Source of the DNA: Candidatus Aminicenantes bacterium
GTDB taxonomy: Bacteria > Acidobacteriota > Aminicenantia > Aminicenantales > CAVYOD01
Direction of reading: 5' to 3'
Assembly: GCA_963701305.1 (NCBI GenBank)
Contig: OY969586.1
Location: forward strand, 345,360-409,359
DNA length: 64,000 nucleotides
The translations under genes were made by a program, and so were the position numbers. Of this stretch, positions 19,337 through 28,548 are shown in pieces. Positions within the stretch are counted from its first letter, which is position 1; every line of letters starts with the position of its first letter. The notes beneath the pieces were generated by a model. It made no database searches. It was given only the letters and a program-made list of their open reading frames with translations, and was not told the origin of the DNA.

Positions 19337-19687
19337 TCCAATCATGTCATGATAGAGGAGGGGCTTTGGATAGGGCTGCGTCTTTCGTCCCGGATTCCCC
19401 GTTCTAAATCAAGTCTGTTTAAAGATGGGGGGCAGGCGTGGGGGCCCCCCACCCGCAGCGCAAAATTCTAGGCGTGTCTGTCCTGTTCAAGATAGTTGGG
19501 GCACGTGTCCCTGAATTTTGCCGAGGATGGGGGAGCGCCGTCGCGGGGCCCCATCTCCCTCAAGCGTGGCTGATCTGGAGCCTTGGCCCGGAAGAGCCGA
19601 GAAAGACGGGACTCTCTGGCGCCGTTCCGAGCTTTGGGAGCAAAGCCCTCTGCAAAACTCCTTTATCACAGAAAAAGAAATGCTTCC
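19337..19687 (+). repeat. Dispersed ~350 bp structured element, copy 1 (candidate ncRNA or non-autonomous mobile element)
   Basis: Colinear homology with the reverse complement of 42147-42534; imperfect terminal inverted arms at 19351-19377 and 19644-19667; internal hairpins. Confidence 0.88.
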
Positions 19688-19739
19688 AAATCGCCGTCTT
19701 TTTTTGACAAAGCCCTCCTTTTGTACAAAAATATCTCCA

Positions 19740-20288
19740 ATGGCCAAGAAAAGCCGGATTCCCGCATTCAAGGGCTATATCCAAGTCTATACCGGAAACG
19801 GGAAAGGAAAAACTTCGTCCGCTCTGGGCCTCGCCCTGAGGGCGGCGGGCCACGAACTAAGAATCTATATAGGTCAGTTCCTCAAGGGCCAGAAGTACGG
19901 AGAGCTCTTGTCGCTCAAGTGCCTCTCCCCTTATATTACCCTCGAACAATTCGGCCGGAGGGGCTTTTTCCATGTGACCGAGAACCCTGCCGACGAGGAC
20001 ATTGAGAGAGCCCGGAAGGGATTAAAAAAGTGCCTCAGGGCTATGCTCTCTCAAAAATACAGGATCATCATCCTGGACGAAGTGAACGTGGCCGTTTACT
20101 TTCACGTCCTGACCGAACGGGAAGTTCTGGACTTCCTGAATCAAAAGCCTCAGGATGTCGAAATCGTGCTCACCGGACGGTATGCGCCGGCCTCCTTTAT
20201 CAAGCGCGCCGACCTGGTCACTGAGATGAAGGAAATCAGGCATTATTATCAAAAGGGCGTGAAAGCGAGGCAAGGGATCGAACGATAA
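19740..20288 (+). CDS. cobO: Cob(I)alamin adenosyltransferase (CobO/BtuR)
   Basis: YTGNGKGKT, ILDEVN, LTGR, ADLVTEM..I.H, ARQGIE. Confidence 0.93.
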   Translation: MAKKSRIPAFKGYIQVYTGNGKGKTSSALGLALRAAGHELRIYIGQFLKGQKYGELLSLKCLSPYITLEQFGRRGFFHVTENPADEDIERARKGLKKCLRAMLSQKYRIIILDEVNVAVYFHVLTEREVLDFLNQKPQDVEIVLTGRYAPASFIKRADLVTEMKEIRHYYQKGVKARQGIER

Positions 20289-20653
20289 TGGAACGCGAAA
20301 AATTCGAAGCCCTGGTTGAGGAGGCCCTGGCCAAGATCCCCAAGGATTTCAAAAAGTACCTCGATAACATCGCGGTCATTGTCGAAGACAAGCCGTCCCG
20401 AGGAGCTTTAACCCGTTCCGGCGCTTCTCCCTATGGCTCTCTTCTGGGGCTTTATCACGGCGTACCGTTCAAGCACCGCGGCCCTTATTACGGAAACCTC
20501 CCCCCCGACGTTATTGTGATTTATCAACAAACGATCGAGAGGATCTGCCGGACGGATGAAGAGATCAGGGCAAAGATCAAAGAAGTCGTCCTGCACGAAG
20601 TCGGACACTACTTCGGGCTGAGCGAACGGGAGTTAAGAGATATCGAGGACTGA
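20288..20653 (+). CDS. Zincin-like metallopeptidase family protein
   Basis: LLGLYHGVP and HEVGHYFG (HExxH). Confidence 0.88.
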   Translation: MEREKFEALVEEALAKIPKDFKKYLDNIAVIVEDKPSRGALTRSGASPYGSLLGLYHGVPFKHRGPYYGNLPPDVIVIYQQTIERICRTDEEIRAKIKEVVLHEVGHYFGLSERELRDIED

Positions 20654-20663
20654 GGAGACGAAG

Positions 20664-21554
20664 ATGCTTCATCATTTTGAGGGTGTGTTCGCCCCCCTGA
20701 CAACGCCTTTTTCAGGGGAAGATGTCGTCTACCAGAAGCTTGAAGAAAATATCCGGAAATACGATCTCTTTGAACTGGCCGGATACGTTATCCTCGGCTC
20801 CACGGGAGAGAACGTCTACCTCTCCGATGACGAATCCCTGAAGCTCGTGAAAACGGCGCGAAAATCCGCGGGACGAAAGAAAAAGATCATCGTCGGCACC
20901 GGCCGTGAGTCGACCAAGATGACTCTCGACTTCACGAACAAAGTTGCGGACATGGGGGTAGACGCCGCTCTGGTCCGGACACCTTCCTATTATAAGGCCC
21001 ATATGACCCGCGAGGCTTTGAGGAGGCATTATCTGACACTGTCCGAACAGTCCCGCCTGCCTATTATTATTTATAACTTTCCCCAGCTGACAGGCATCAG
21101 CATCGAAGCCGATCTGGTCGTGGAGCTGGCGGCCCATGCCAACATTGCCGGGATAAAAGACAGCACCGACGACCTGGTTCTCTTGAAGGAGGTTGTCCCT
21201 CGGGTGAAGCCTCCTTTCAGTTTTCTCGTGGGGACGGCGAGTCTTTTCCTGCCGGGGCTCGAGCTGGGCGCGAGCGGAGGCATCCTCGCTCTCGCCGACG
21301 CGGCGCCTGACCCGTGCGCCGGGCTCTACCGATTGTTCTTAAAAGGAAAGGCACAAGAAGCTCTTGAGCTTCAAAATGATTTGATCCCTATCAATAGAGC
21401 ACTCACCCGGACATTCGGAATTCCGGCCACAAAGTATGCGATGGATGTCCAGGGTTTTTATGGCGGTCCCGTTCGCTTGCCCCTCCTGCCTGCGGGTGAA
21501 AAGGCTAAGGCCGAGGTGGGCGCGCTCCTTCGAAAACTCGGCCTCCTGGTCTAG
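20664..21554 (+). CDS. DapA/NAL-family aldolase
   Basis: TTPF, GSTGE, IYNFPQLTG, GIKDS (Schiff-base lysine). Confidence 0.9.
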   Translation: MLHHFEGVFAPLTTPFSGEDVVYQKLEENIRKYDLFELAGYVILGSTGENVYLSDDESLKLVKTARKSAGRKKKIIVGTGRESTKMTLDFTNKVADMGVDAALVRTPSYYKAHMTREALRRHYLTLSEQSRLPIIIYNFPQLTGISIEADLVVELAAHANIAGIKDSTDDLVLLKEVVPRVKPPFSFLVGTASLFLPGLELGASGGILALADAAPDPCAGLYRLFLKGKAQEALELQNDLIPINRALTRTFGIPATKYAMDVQGFYGGPVRLPLLPAGEKAKAEVGALLRKLGLLV

Positions 21555-22385
21555 CTATTTCTTAACGATTTCAACCCGGCGATTCTTGGCCCGGCCATCC
21601 TCAGAACGGTTGTCAGCGACGGGTTTTTCCTGACCCCAGCCCACCGCTGTCAACCGTCCCGCGTCAATTCCCCCTCCGACGATAGCGCCGACCACGGATT
21701 TCGCCCTCTGTTCGGAAAGGACCTTGTTGCTCTGAGGCGTCCCGACGTTATCGGTGTGCCCCTCGACGCTCAGCCTGAGATCAGGGTTGTCTTTGAGCAG
21801 CGTTATGATCTGCCCGATGATGGGCTCTGATTCAGGCTTGATGGTGGCTTTGCCGGTGTCGAAATTGATGTAGAGAGCCATGAACCCGTTCTTATTCAGG
21901 GCATCGAGCATATCGTTGGCCGTCACCTCCTGGATCATCTCTCCCGCCTCGACCACGGTCAGGGTGTAGCCCGTTGCGCTGTTGAAAGTCTCCACGGCCA
22001 ACCAGATCTCTTTGCCGTTCTTGACCATTTTGAGAGTGATGGAGTTGGGCGATTCATGAAGGACCGACCCGCCTAAGGATTTCACCGCGTTGGCGTAATT
22101 TCGCTTAATCTGAAGGTCGCTTGGCGTGTTCGCTCCTCCCTGGATCATATAGGTTATGACCGTCTTCTGTCCCTCGATAGTCTTGGTCTGGTCTTCGCCG
22201 ACCGTGAACTCGACGGCATCAAAATTGGATTCACAGGAAGAGATATAAAAATTTTTCAGCCGCGAAAGCATCGGATAGTCCTTGCAGCCTTCATGATCTG
22301 CTTCCTGCGCCAAGCAGAACCCAGATAGGAAGAGCATAATAAGTCCCGACAAAAGGACCCATGGGCAGAGAATTTTCCGGATCAT
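21555..22385 (-). CDS. OmpA-family peptidoglycan-binding protein
   Basis: Signal peptide; VEGHTDNVG, LSEQRA, NRRVEI. Confidence 0.92.
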   Translation of the reverse strand: MIRKILCPWVLLSGLIMLFLSGFCLAQEADHEGCKDYPMLSRLKNFYISSCESNFDAVEFTVGEDQTKTIEGQKTVITYMIQGGANTPSDLQIKRNYANAVKSLGGSVLHESPNSITLKMVKNGKEIWLAVETFNSATGYTLTVVEAGEMIQEVTANDMLDALNKNGFMALYINFDTGKATIKPESEPIIGQIITLLKDNPDLRLSVEGHTDNVGTPQSNKVLSEQRAKSVVGAIVGGGIDAGRLTAVGWGQEKPVADNRSEDGRAKNRRVEIVKK

Positions 22386-22461
22386 AATATCCTCCTCGAA
22401 AGAGATGACTCAGGCGCGGGCCTGCCTTGGAGCAGTGAACCCCCGCCACGAAAACAAGAAC

Positions 22462-22733
22462 GACCGTGCACCTTGCTCCGACCCTTCCCTCCCCGCGTTA
22501 TTCCGGCAGTTAGCTCGGGCAAGGCTGACTGCAGCACAAGAAACCAACCGTCTACCGCTGCTACCTTCCGGTCCTGACGGGGTTCGGCGGAGGCTCTTTG
22601 CGCAGGGCCCTAACCGTCAACGCCACTTACCGGAACACTGAACAGAAAGAGAACAAGCCTCGGTAAGGAATTCGACCCCACTAGAGCGGATTGTGGGCGA
22701 CAGGGCACCGCTAGCTCCCCATCTAGCACGGTC
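22462..22733 (-). ncRNA. ffs: Large (Alu-domain-containing) signal recognition particle RNA
   Basis: Conserved S-domain GTCAGGACCGGAAGGTAGCAGC; 5' GACCGTGC pairs with 3' GCACGGTC; Alu-like 5' region; TATAAT 6 nt upstream (22740-22745). Confidence 0.93.
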
Positions 22734-22784
22734 AAGCGTATTATACCTTAAGTTCACGGCCAGGAGGCAAGGAGAATCGAGGGT

Positions 22785-24014
22785 TCAGAACCGGTAGGCA
22801 ACACCGCCCCTGAGGATAAATCCGTCCCAGATCCCCAGCTCGGCGAGGATGGTTAGGCCTTTGTAGACCTCGGCTTTCAAACCAAAGTTCAGTTGGAGGA
22901 TCAAAATGAGGTCGGGAATGTTGAAAGTGATATCTTCTTCCTGCTCCGCCTGGTCGAATGTTTCTACCTTGGAGCCGGTGACACTCTCCTGGAAGCCGGA
23001 AAAATTATAGGTCCCCGTATAGGTATATCCGACGTTCCCCGACAAAGAGCCGACTCCGAAGCCCAGGACAAAGTACGGGCAGAATCGATGCGCAGGAGTA
23101 AAATCCCAACGGAAATTCACGTTGGCCGTAAAAGGGCTTGTCTCGAGGTAGGCTTGTGAATCAACCGTGGCGTAAGAACCGTTGGTAAAATTTTGCCTCA
23201 CCGGCCCCGCGACCTGGAGCCTGATGTGCGTTTTCTCAAGTGAGAAGCCCAGGCTGAAAAAACCGGTCCGGCCGCGGGGATAGTATCTCGCTTCCAGGCC
23301 GTAATTTGACCCGCTCGAATCGAAAGCCAAACTTTCCTCATAGGTCGATTTCGTCAGCCTGGCGTGGGAGTTCTCGAGCTGGCTCGTGACCTCTTTCCGG
23401 ATCCCCTTGCCCAGTTCTTTGTTCACAGAGTTTTCAAAAATCGATTTGACGAGGTCGACCCCCCAGTCGGAAACGTGGACGCTGACCTCCCACTTTCCGG
23501 AGGATTCACTCCCGCCAAAAGAAACTGGAGGAGGTTCCTGGCTCTGGATGGAGGGCGGTTCATTTTTTATCGCTTGCGGAGGGGCTTCGGTGGCTTTGAT
23601 CTCCACGGCGGCACTTTCACCGGCCACTTCGGTTCTAACCTGGCCGTAGAGTTGGACAAAACTCTCGGGATAAAACAGATTGGATATCTCCCTATTGGGA
23701 TCGACCTGCAGGACCTTCCTGATCCAGCTCTTTGAACCGGGGATATCGCGCAGGTAAAAATCGGAGATGGCCAGGCCGAAATAGGCTCGAGATAAGTTAA
23801 TCTTGGTCTTGGCCAGCCGGGAGGCCTGGAGGTAATAATCGCCGGCAAGGCTGTAGTTTCCTTTCTGATAGGCCGATTCGGCTTGTCCGATCAGGGTCTC
23901 GACTTCGGTCTCTTTCTCGCCCTGCCCCGCCTGAACTGGACACGGTGAAAAGAGGCAGGCCATGAAAGCCGCCAGAAAGACGACCGGTATCCAGCGCGCC
24001 GAGATAAATTTCAT
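22785..24014 (-). CDS. Exported protein with TPR-like N-terminus and outer-membrane beta-barrel-like C-terminus
   Basis: Signal peptide, TPR-like helices, amphipathic beta strands, terminal GVAYRF. Confidence 0.65.
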   Translation of the reverse strand: MKFISARWIPVVFLAAFMACLFSPCPVQAGQGEKETEVETLIGQAESAYQKGNYSLAGDYYLQASRLAKTKINLSRAYFGLAISDFYLRDIPGSKSWIRKVLQVDPNREISNLFYPESFVQLYGQVRTEVAGESAAVEIKATEAPPQAIKNEPPSIQSQEPPPVSFGGSESSGKWEVSVHVSDWGVDLVKSIFENSVNKELGKGIRKEVTSQLENSHARLTKSTYEESLAFDSSGSNYGLEARYYPRGRTGFFSLGFSLEKTHIRLQVAGPVRQNFTNGSYATVDSQAYLETSPFTANVNFRWDFTPAHRFCPYFVLGFGVGSLSGNVGYTYTGTYNFSGFQESVTGSKVETFDQAEQEEDITFNIPDLILILQLNFGLKAEVYKGLTILAELGIWDGFILRGGVAYRF

Positions 24015-24138
24015 AGTCATTTCCTTTGTTAACTCTCTTATCAAGAGAGCCTTCGAATTCAGGCGTCTACTGTAGCCTGCTCCCCGGAGTTTTGTCAACG
24101 AAATATTGGTCGCGAGGAAAGAGCATAAATTGACAGCT

Positions 24139-24235
24139 CCCGTCGGTTCCCCCATCGGACAAGCCGACGGGCCCCCTCCGCTACGGGGTCCCAAGGGTGG
24201 CCTGCGGCGCAACCTCGACCGTATCAAGTCATTTA
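24139..24235. repeat. GC-rich palindromic dispersed element (family B, copy 1)
   Basis: CCCGTCGG..CCGACGGG stem, then GGGGTCC..AGGGTGGCCTGCGGCGCAAC; shared with 49642-49753. Confidence 0.65.
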
Positions 24236-24424
24236 TCGCTTTTACATTAGTGACATAAGTTAAGAAGAACAGTTCCTGCTTTAAGCTGCCCAGTCCTTAC
24301 GGCTCACTGCGCACTTTGGGCGAGTTGACCAGATAACGAGACGACGAGATGGACCGTTTTTTCTTGACAGCCGATAGTCCAAGTGATAGATAAGAATTCA
24401 TATCTTGTCGAGGAGGTTCTGATC

Positions 24425-27040
24425 ATGAGCAAGGGGAAATTCTCAAAAAGTATTTTTATCGCATCGTTCATTTTGGCTTGCCTTCCTTTATTTGCAGCCG
24501 CACAGACATCTCCGGATGCCTTTCTGGGCTTCAAAGTCGGAGCTGATAAGAAGCTGGCCGATTACAGCCAGATTCAAGCATACTTCCAAAAGCTCGACCA
24601 GGAATCTCCTCTCCTCACCGTCTATCCGATCGGCATCTCGACGATGAAAAAGCCGATGTTCATGGCCGTTATCACCTCGGAAGAGAACATGGCCAAGCTC
24701 GATTCTTACCGCGAGATCACCAAAAAATTGCGGGACCCCAGAACCCTCTCCCCCGAGGACGCGAGGAAGTTGGCCAAAGAGGGAAAGGTCATTCTGCTCA
24801 TTACAGCGAATATCCACGCCTCGGAAATCGCGGCTTCCCAGATGGCCATGGAGTTGGCCTTCAGACTGGTGACCGGAGACACGCCTTTTGACGCCAAGAA
24901 AGTGCTCAGCGACGTCATCGTTCTGCTCGTCCCGACGATCAACCCGGACGGCCAGCAGATGGAGTGTGACTGGTATAATAAATACCTGGGCACCAAATAC
25001 GAGGGGGGAAACTTGCCCTGGCTCTATCATCATTACGCCGGTCATGACAACAACCGGGATTTTTTCATGATGAACCTCAATGAGACGAAGGCTGTCACGA
25101 ATGTCCTCTACCATGATTGGCTCCCCCAGATCCATATCGATGAACACCAGATGGGGCCCAACGCGGCCAGGCTTTTCATTCCACCCTTCATGGATCCTCC
25201 CGTTCCCAATGTGCAGCCTCTTCTCTGGAGGACCGTCAACCTGTGCGGGACCAGCATGGCCTATGACCTTCAAAAGAACGGCTTCCGCGGCGTCGTCCAC
25301 GGAAGGAGCTTCACCGGCTGGTGGATCGGTGCCTGCGACGACACGAGCTGGCTCCACAATGTCGCCGGAATCCTGAGCGAGATGGCCTCGGTCAACCTGG
25401 CCAGCCCGATCTACGTTGAGCCTACCGAGATCCCCAAGGCTTACACCCAGAGGATGATAGAATTTCCCGACCCCTGGCCGGGTGGCTGGTGGCGGCTTAG
25501 GGATCTAGTCGACTACGAGATGACACTTTCCCTGAGCCTGATCAATACGGCCTGCAGGCACAAGGAGGATTTTCTCCTCAACTTTTACCAGATGTATAAG
25601 AACTCGGTCGAACAGAAGGATAAGAATCAGCCCTTCGCGTTCGTTATCCCGGCACGCCAGCATGATTATCCGACCATGCTGAGGATGCTGGAGAGGCTGC
25701 AGCTCGGCGGCGTTGAGATAAACCAGGCTAAGGAAGATTTTGTGGCCGACGGAAGGGCTTATCCGGCCGGGTCATTTGTCGTCCTCCTCGCCCAGCCCTA
25801 CAAGCCCTATGCCTGGGCTCTCCTCGAAAAGCAGAAATACCCCGACCTCCGTGAATACTCCGGCGGCCCGCCGATCCCGCCTTATGACAACGCCGGCTGG
25901 ACGCTGCCGCTCCAGATGGGCGTCTCCTGTGACCAGGTCAATGGCCCATTCACGGTCAAGCTCGAAAAACTGGAGAAAGTGCCTATGCCAGCGACGACGC
26001 CGGCGCCGGCGGGCACCTCGGGCTATGTCGTTCTTGATTCTCGGAACAACGCCTCTTATTCCACCGTCTTCGAGCTTCTCAAAGCGAAGGCTGAGATTTT
26101 CCGATCCAAGGACAAAATCACTGCGGCAGGGCATGACGCGGCGCCTGGGAGCTTCATCATCAAGAACAGCCCGGAAGTCCAAAAAGCACTCCCGGGGCTC
26201 CTCGAAAAATGGCACCTTTCGGCTTCGCTGCTTGACGACTCGGCTATTGCCGGGATCGCCAAGGCGGCGCTCAAAAACCCGCGCATTGGCCTCTATCAGT
26301 CCTGGCACGCAAACATGGACGAAGGCTGGACCCGCTACGTCTTTGATGATTTGGGCGTCCCCTTTGTCACCCTCCACAACAGCGATTTCAAAGCCACCAA
26401 AAAGGAGAAACTCAACCTTAAGGCCAAGTGTGACGTCATCATCTTTGCCGGCGAAAGCGCCGATATGATCAAGACCGGCAAGGCCGACCCAAACTCTCCC
26501 TATGCACGTTACATGACCCCGATGCCGACCGAATATGAAGGGGGCATCGAAAAAGATGGCGTCGAGGCGCTCAAGACTTTTGTCGAGGAGGGTGGGATCA
26601 TGGTCACTCTCAACGAGGCCTGCGAGCTGGCCTTCAAGGACTTTGAAGTCCCCGCCCGGAACGCCCTCGAAAAAGTCGAGCGGACCAAGTTCTTCTGCCC
26701 GACCTCCATCCTCAAGATCAATGTCGACAGCTCATCGCCAATCGGCTACGGTCTGCAGGAAGAGACTCCGGCGGTTTTCTCAGACAGCCTGGCGATCGAC
26801 ACTTGGCTGCCCCGGAATGAATGGAACAGAAAAGTCGTCGCCAGCTATCCGGAAGACGAGATTCTCCTGAGCGGCTGGCTCCTCGGCGAGGATATCATTG
26901 CCCGAAAAGCGGCTGTTGTCGATACCCAGCACAAAAAAGGGCACATCATCCTCATCGGCTTTCCCTGTCAGATGAGGGCCCAGTCCCACGGCACATACAA
27001 GTTCCTGCTCAACGCGCTCCTGTATCCGGAGAGCTTTTAG
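24425..27040 (+). CDS. Secreted M14-family zinc carboxypeptidase-like protein
   Basis: Signal peptide; IHASE (HxxE), NPDG, DNNRD, DEHQMG; SD AGGAGG. Confidence 0.9.
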   Translation: MSKGKFSKSIFIASFILACLPLFAAAQTSPDAFLGFKVGADKKLADYSQIQAYFQKLDQESPLLTVYPIGISTMKKPMFMAVITSEENMAKLDSYREITKKLRDPRTLSPEDARKLAKEGKVILLITANIHASEIAASQMAMELAFRLVTGDTPFDAKKVLSDVIVLLVPTINPDGQQMECDWYNKYLGTKYEGGNLPWLYHHYAGHDNNRDFFMMNLNETKAVTNVLYHDWLPQIHIDEHQMGPNAARLFIPPFMDPPVPNVQPLLWRTVNLCGTSMAYDLQKNGFRGVVHGRSFTGWWIGACDDTSWLHNVAGILSEMASVNLASPIYVEPTEIPKAYTQRMIEFPDPWPGGWWRLRDLVDYEMTLSLSLINTACRHKEDFLLNFYQMYKNSVEQKDKNQPFAFVIPARQHDYPTMLRMLERLQLGGVEINQAKEDFVADGRAYPAGSFVVLLAQPYKPYAWALLEKQKYPDLREYSGGPPIPPYDNAGWTLPLQMGVSCDQVNGPFTVKLEKLEKVPMPATTPAPAGTSGYVVLDSRNNASYSTVFELLKAKAEIFRSKDKITAAGHDAAPGSFIIKNSPEVQKALPGLLEKWHLSASLLDDSAIAGIAKAALKNPRIGLYQSWHANMDEGWTRYVFDDLGVPFVTLHNSDFKATKKEKLNLKAKCDVIIFAGESADMIKTGKADPNSPYARYMTPMPTEYEGGIEKDGVEALKTFVEEGGIMVTLNEACELAFKDFEVPARNALEKVERTKFFCPTSILKINVDSSSPIGYGLQEETPAVFSDSLAIDTWLPRNEWNRKVVASYPEDEILLSGWLLGEDIIARKAAVVDTQHKKGHIILIGFPCQMRAQSHGTYKFLLNALLYPESF

Positions 27041-27080
27041 CCGGGTTTAGCGGAGGGATTCATCGCGCGTAATTGATTGC

Positions 27081-27941
27081 TCACGACTGAGGTGGCCCTA
27101 AGAGGTTAAATCGTAGAAACTCCAACGTCTTTTTAATGATCTCTCGTGAGGTGTCGTTATCATCATAGATGTCGAAAGCGTGGTGACCTTCCGCGTAGTT
27201 AAATAATGTTAGGGGAACGTTGCTAGCGAGGGCCTGCGCAACGAAATAATCAACTCCCGTATTGAAGTCCTCCCTATCCTTCCCCGCCCGAACGATAAAC
27301 AGGGGCAGGTCACTATGCAGGAAGCCGATTTTCTCCAATCCCTCGACTGAAAACTTGACTTGCTTGGCGACGGCTTTAATGGTGTCAGCATATTTTTGGT
27401 CCGGCGTCAGCATGAGGCCGTAATACAACACGGCGCAGCGGATGAAATTCCTTCTTTCTGCCGACAAGACAGTTAAGGCCGTAGGCACATTCCCCGAGCA
27501 GGACCAGATTCCTATCTTGTCGGCATCGATCCCAAGAGTCGAAGCGTTCTTGACGACATAGGACATGAGGTCTTCGATGTCCGGTTGCGGCTGGCTCGTT
27601 TCATAGCTGATGGCGATCATCCCGGAAGCAGCGATGAGTTTTGCCCACGATTTGTAGACCTCCCAATCCTTCATTTTCGTCGGGAGTGAGATATCGGGAA
27701 AACCCAAGACCAAAATGACGGCCGGAAGATTCTTCGAGGCCTTGACATCTGGAGGAGAATAAACATCCATGGTCAAGTTCATTGCCCCAACCGTCTTGTA
27801 AACTATCCCTCGCCACACCTGGACCTTATCCATGTCCGATATTTTGTAAACAATCCCGAGTTTCGTTATGTCCTGGGCTGCGGCAAACATGATAAAAAGC
27901 ATCGATAAAAGAGTTGGTACCAGAGTGATTGTCGCTTTCAT
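27081..27941 (-). CDS. Exported alpha/beta hydrolase
   Basis: Signal peptide; IGIWSCSGN nucleophile elbow; GHHAFD. Confidence 0.78.
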   Translation of the reverse strand: MKATITLVPTLLSMLFIMFAAAQDITKLGIVYKISDMDKVQVWRGIVYKTVGAMNLTMDVYSPPDVKASKNLPAVILVLGFPDISLPTKMKDWEVYKSWAKLIAASGMIAISYETSQPQPDIEDLMSYVVKNASTLGIDADKIGIWSCSGNVPTALTVLSAERRNFIRCAVLYYGLMLTPDQKYADTIKAVAKQVKFSVEGLEKIGFLHSDLPLFIVRAGKDREDFNTGVDYFVAQALASNVPLTLFNYAEGHHAFDIYDDNDTSREIIKKTLEFLRFNLLGPPQS

Positions 27942-27957
27942 CGAAACCCCTCTCATT

Positions 27958-28118
27958 CTATTTTGACAGCCGCTCCTGGATTGCCTGCCATATCTCTTCC
28001 AGGCTAAGTTTCTTCGCCCATAGTGAAATATATTTTTGGTCAATCAATTCGCCAGAGATCTTTAGCATGCTGATGATATCTCTGATATGTTTTTCGGAAG
28101 GAGTTCAGACTGCTCCAT
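27958..28118 (-). pseudogene. Internally deleted, frameshifted gene, probably a nucleotidyltransferase-like protein
   Basis: MEQSELL is joined out of frame to SEKHIRDIISMLKISGELIDQKYISLWAKKLSLEEIWQAIQERLSK*. Confidence 0.65.
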
Positions 28119-28320
28119 GAGAAATCCTCTTGGCAACCTCACGATCAAGGCGTTTTGCATCCCACTCGGGATGTAATGTCTGGAGACTATTGAAGAGCAG
28201 GACTTTCGCTGATCGCCACAGACCGAATGCAATTTGCAGACGTTCCGGGGGAGTCTTCTTTTTATAGATTTCAACCATGGCTTCATCAACAGATTCTATC
28301 CGCAACTTATCCAATCGCAC
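28105..28320 (-). CDS. Small hypothetical protein (antitoxin-like partner)
   Basis: DEAMVEIYKKKTPPERL...HPEW; SD GGGAG; overlaps the start of the downstream remnant. Confidence 0.7.
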   Translation of the reverse strand: MRLDKLRIESVDEAMVEIYKKKTPPERLQIAFGLWRSAKVLLFNSLQTLHPEWDAKRLDREVAKRISHGAV

Positions 28321-28385
28321 GACGTCTCCCTTTTTTCTAGTCTATAGCACAGGCGAGAACAGAGATCAATTTTCTCTGCTCTCCT

Positions 28386-28460
28386 TCACACCTCAAAATG
28401 CTCCCACTCGTATTTCACCCGCTCCATGAGCTTCTTGAAGCGCGGCTCGCCGCGGATAGG
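28386..28460 (-). pseudogene. C-terminal remnant of a larger protein, resembling the tail of TPR-containing Ser/Thr kinases
   Basis: PIRGEPRFKKLMERVKYEWEHFEV* with host-like codons, no start codon, cut off upstream by AT-rich DNA. Confidence 0.55.
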
Positions 28461-28548
28461 CGCTTGACTAAGTTAATTAGTTTATGTTAGTGTTTAGATG
28501 GCTTTAATTGACTATATTAGAAATATCGACAAGATAATTGAGGCAACC

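Noticed and set aside
19438-19707. ORF sharing VPEFCRGWGSAVAGPHLP with ORF 42231-42416, suggesting a small protein family
   Set aside because: The two copies differ in frame upstream and have different starts and stops. The similarity is explained by the non-coding repeat.
22405-22641. 78-aa ORF
   Set aside because: It is antisense to the SRP RNA.
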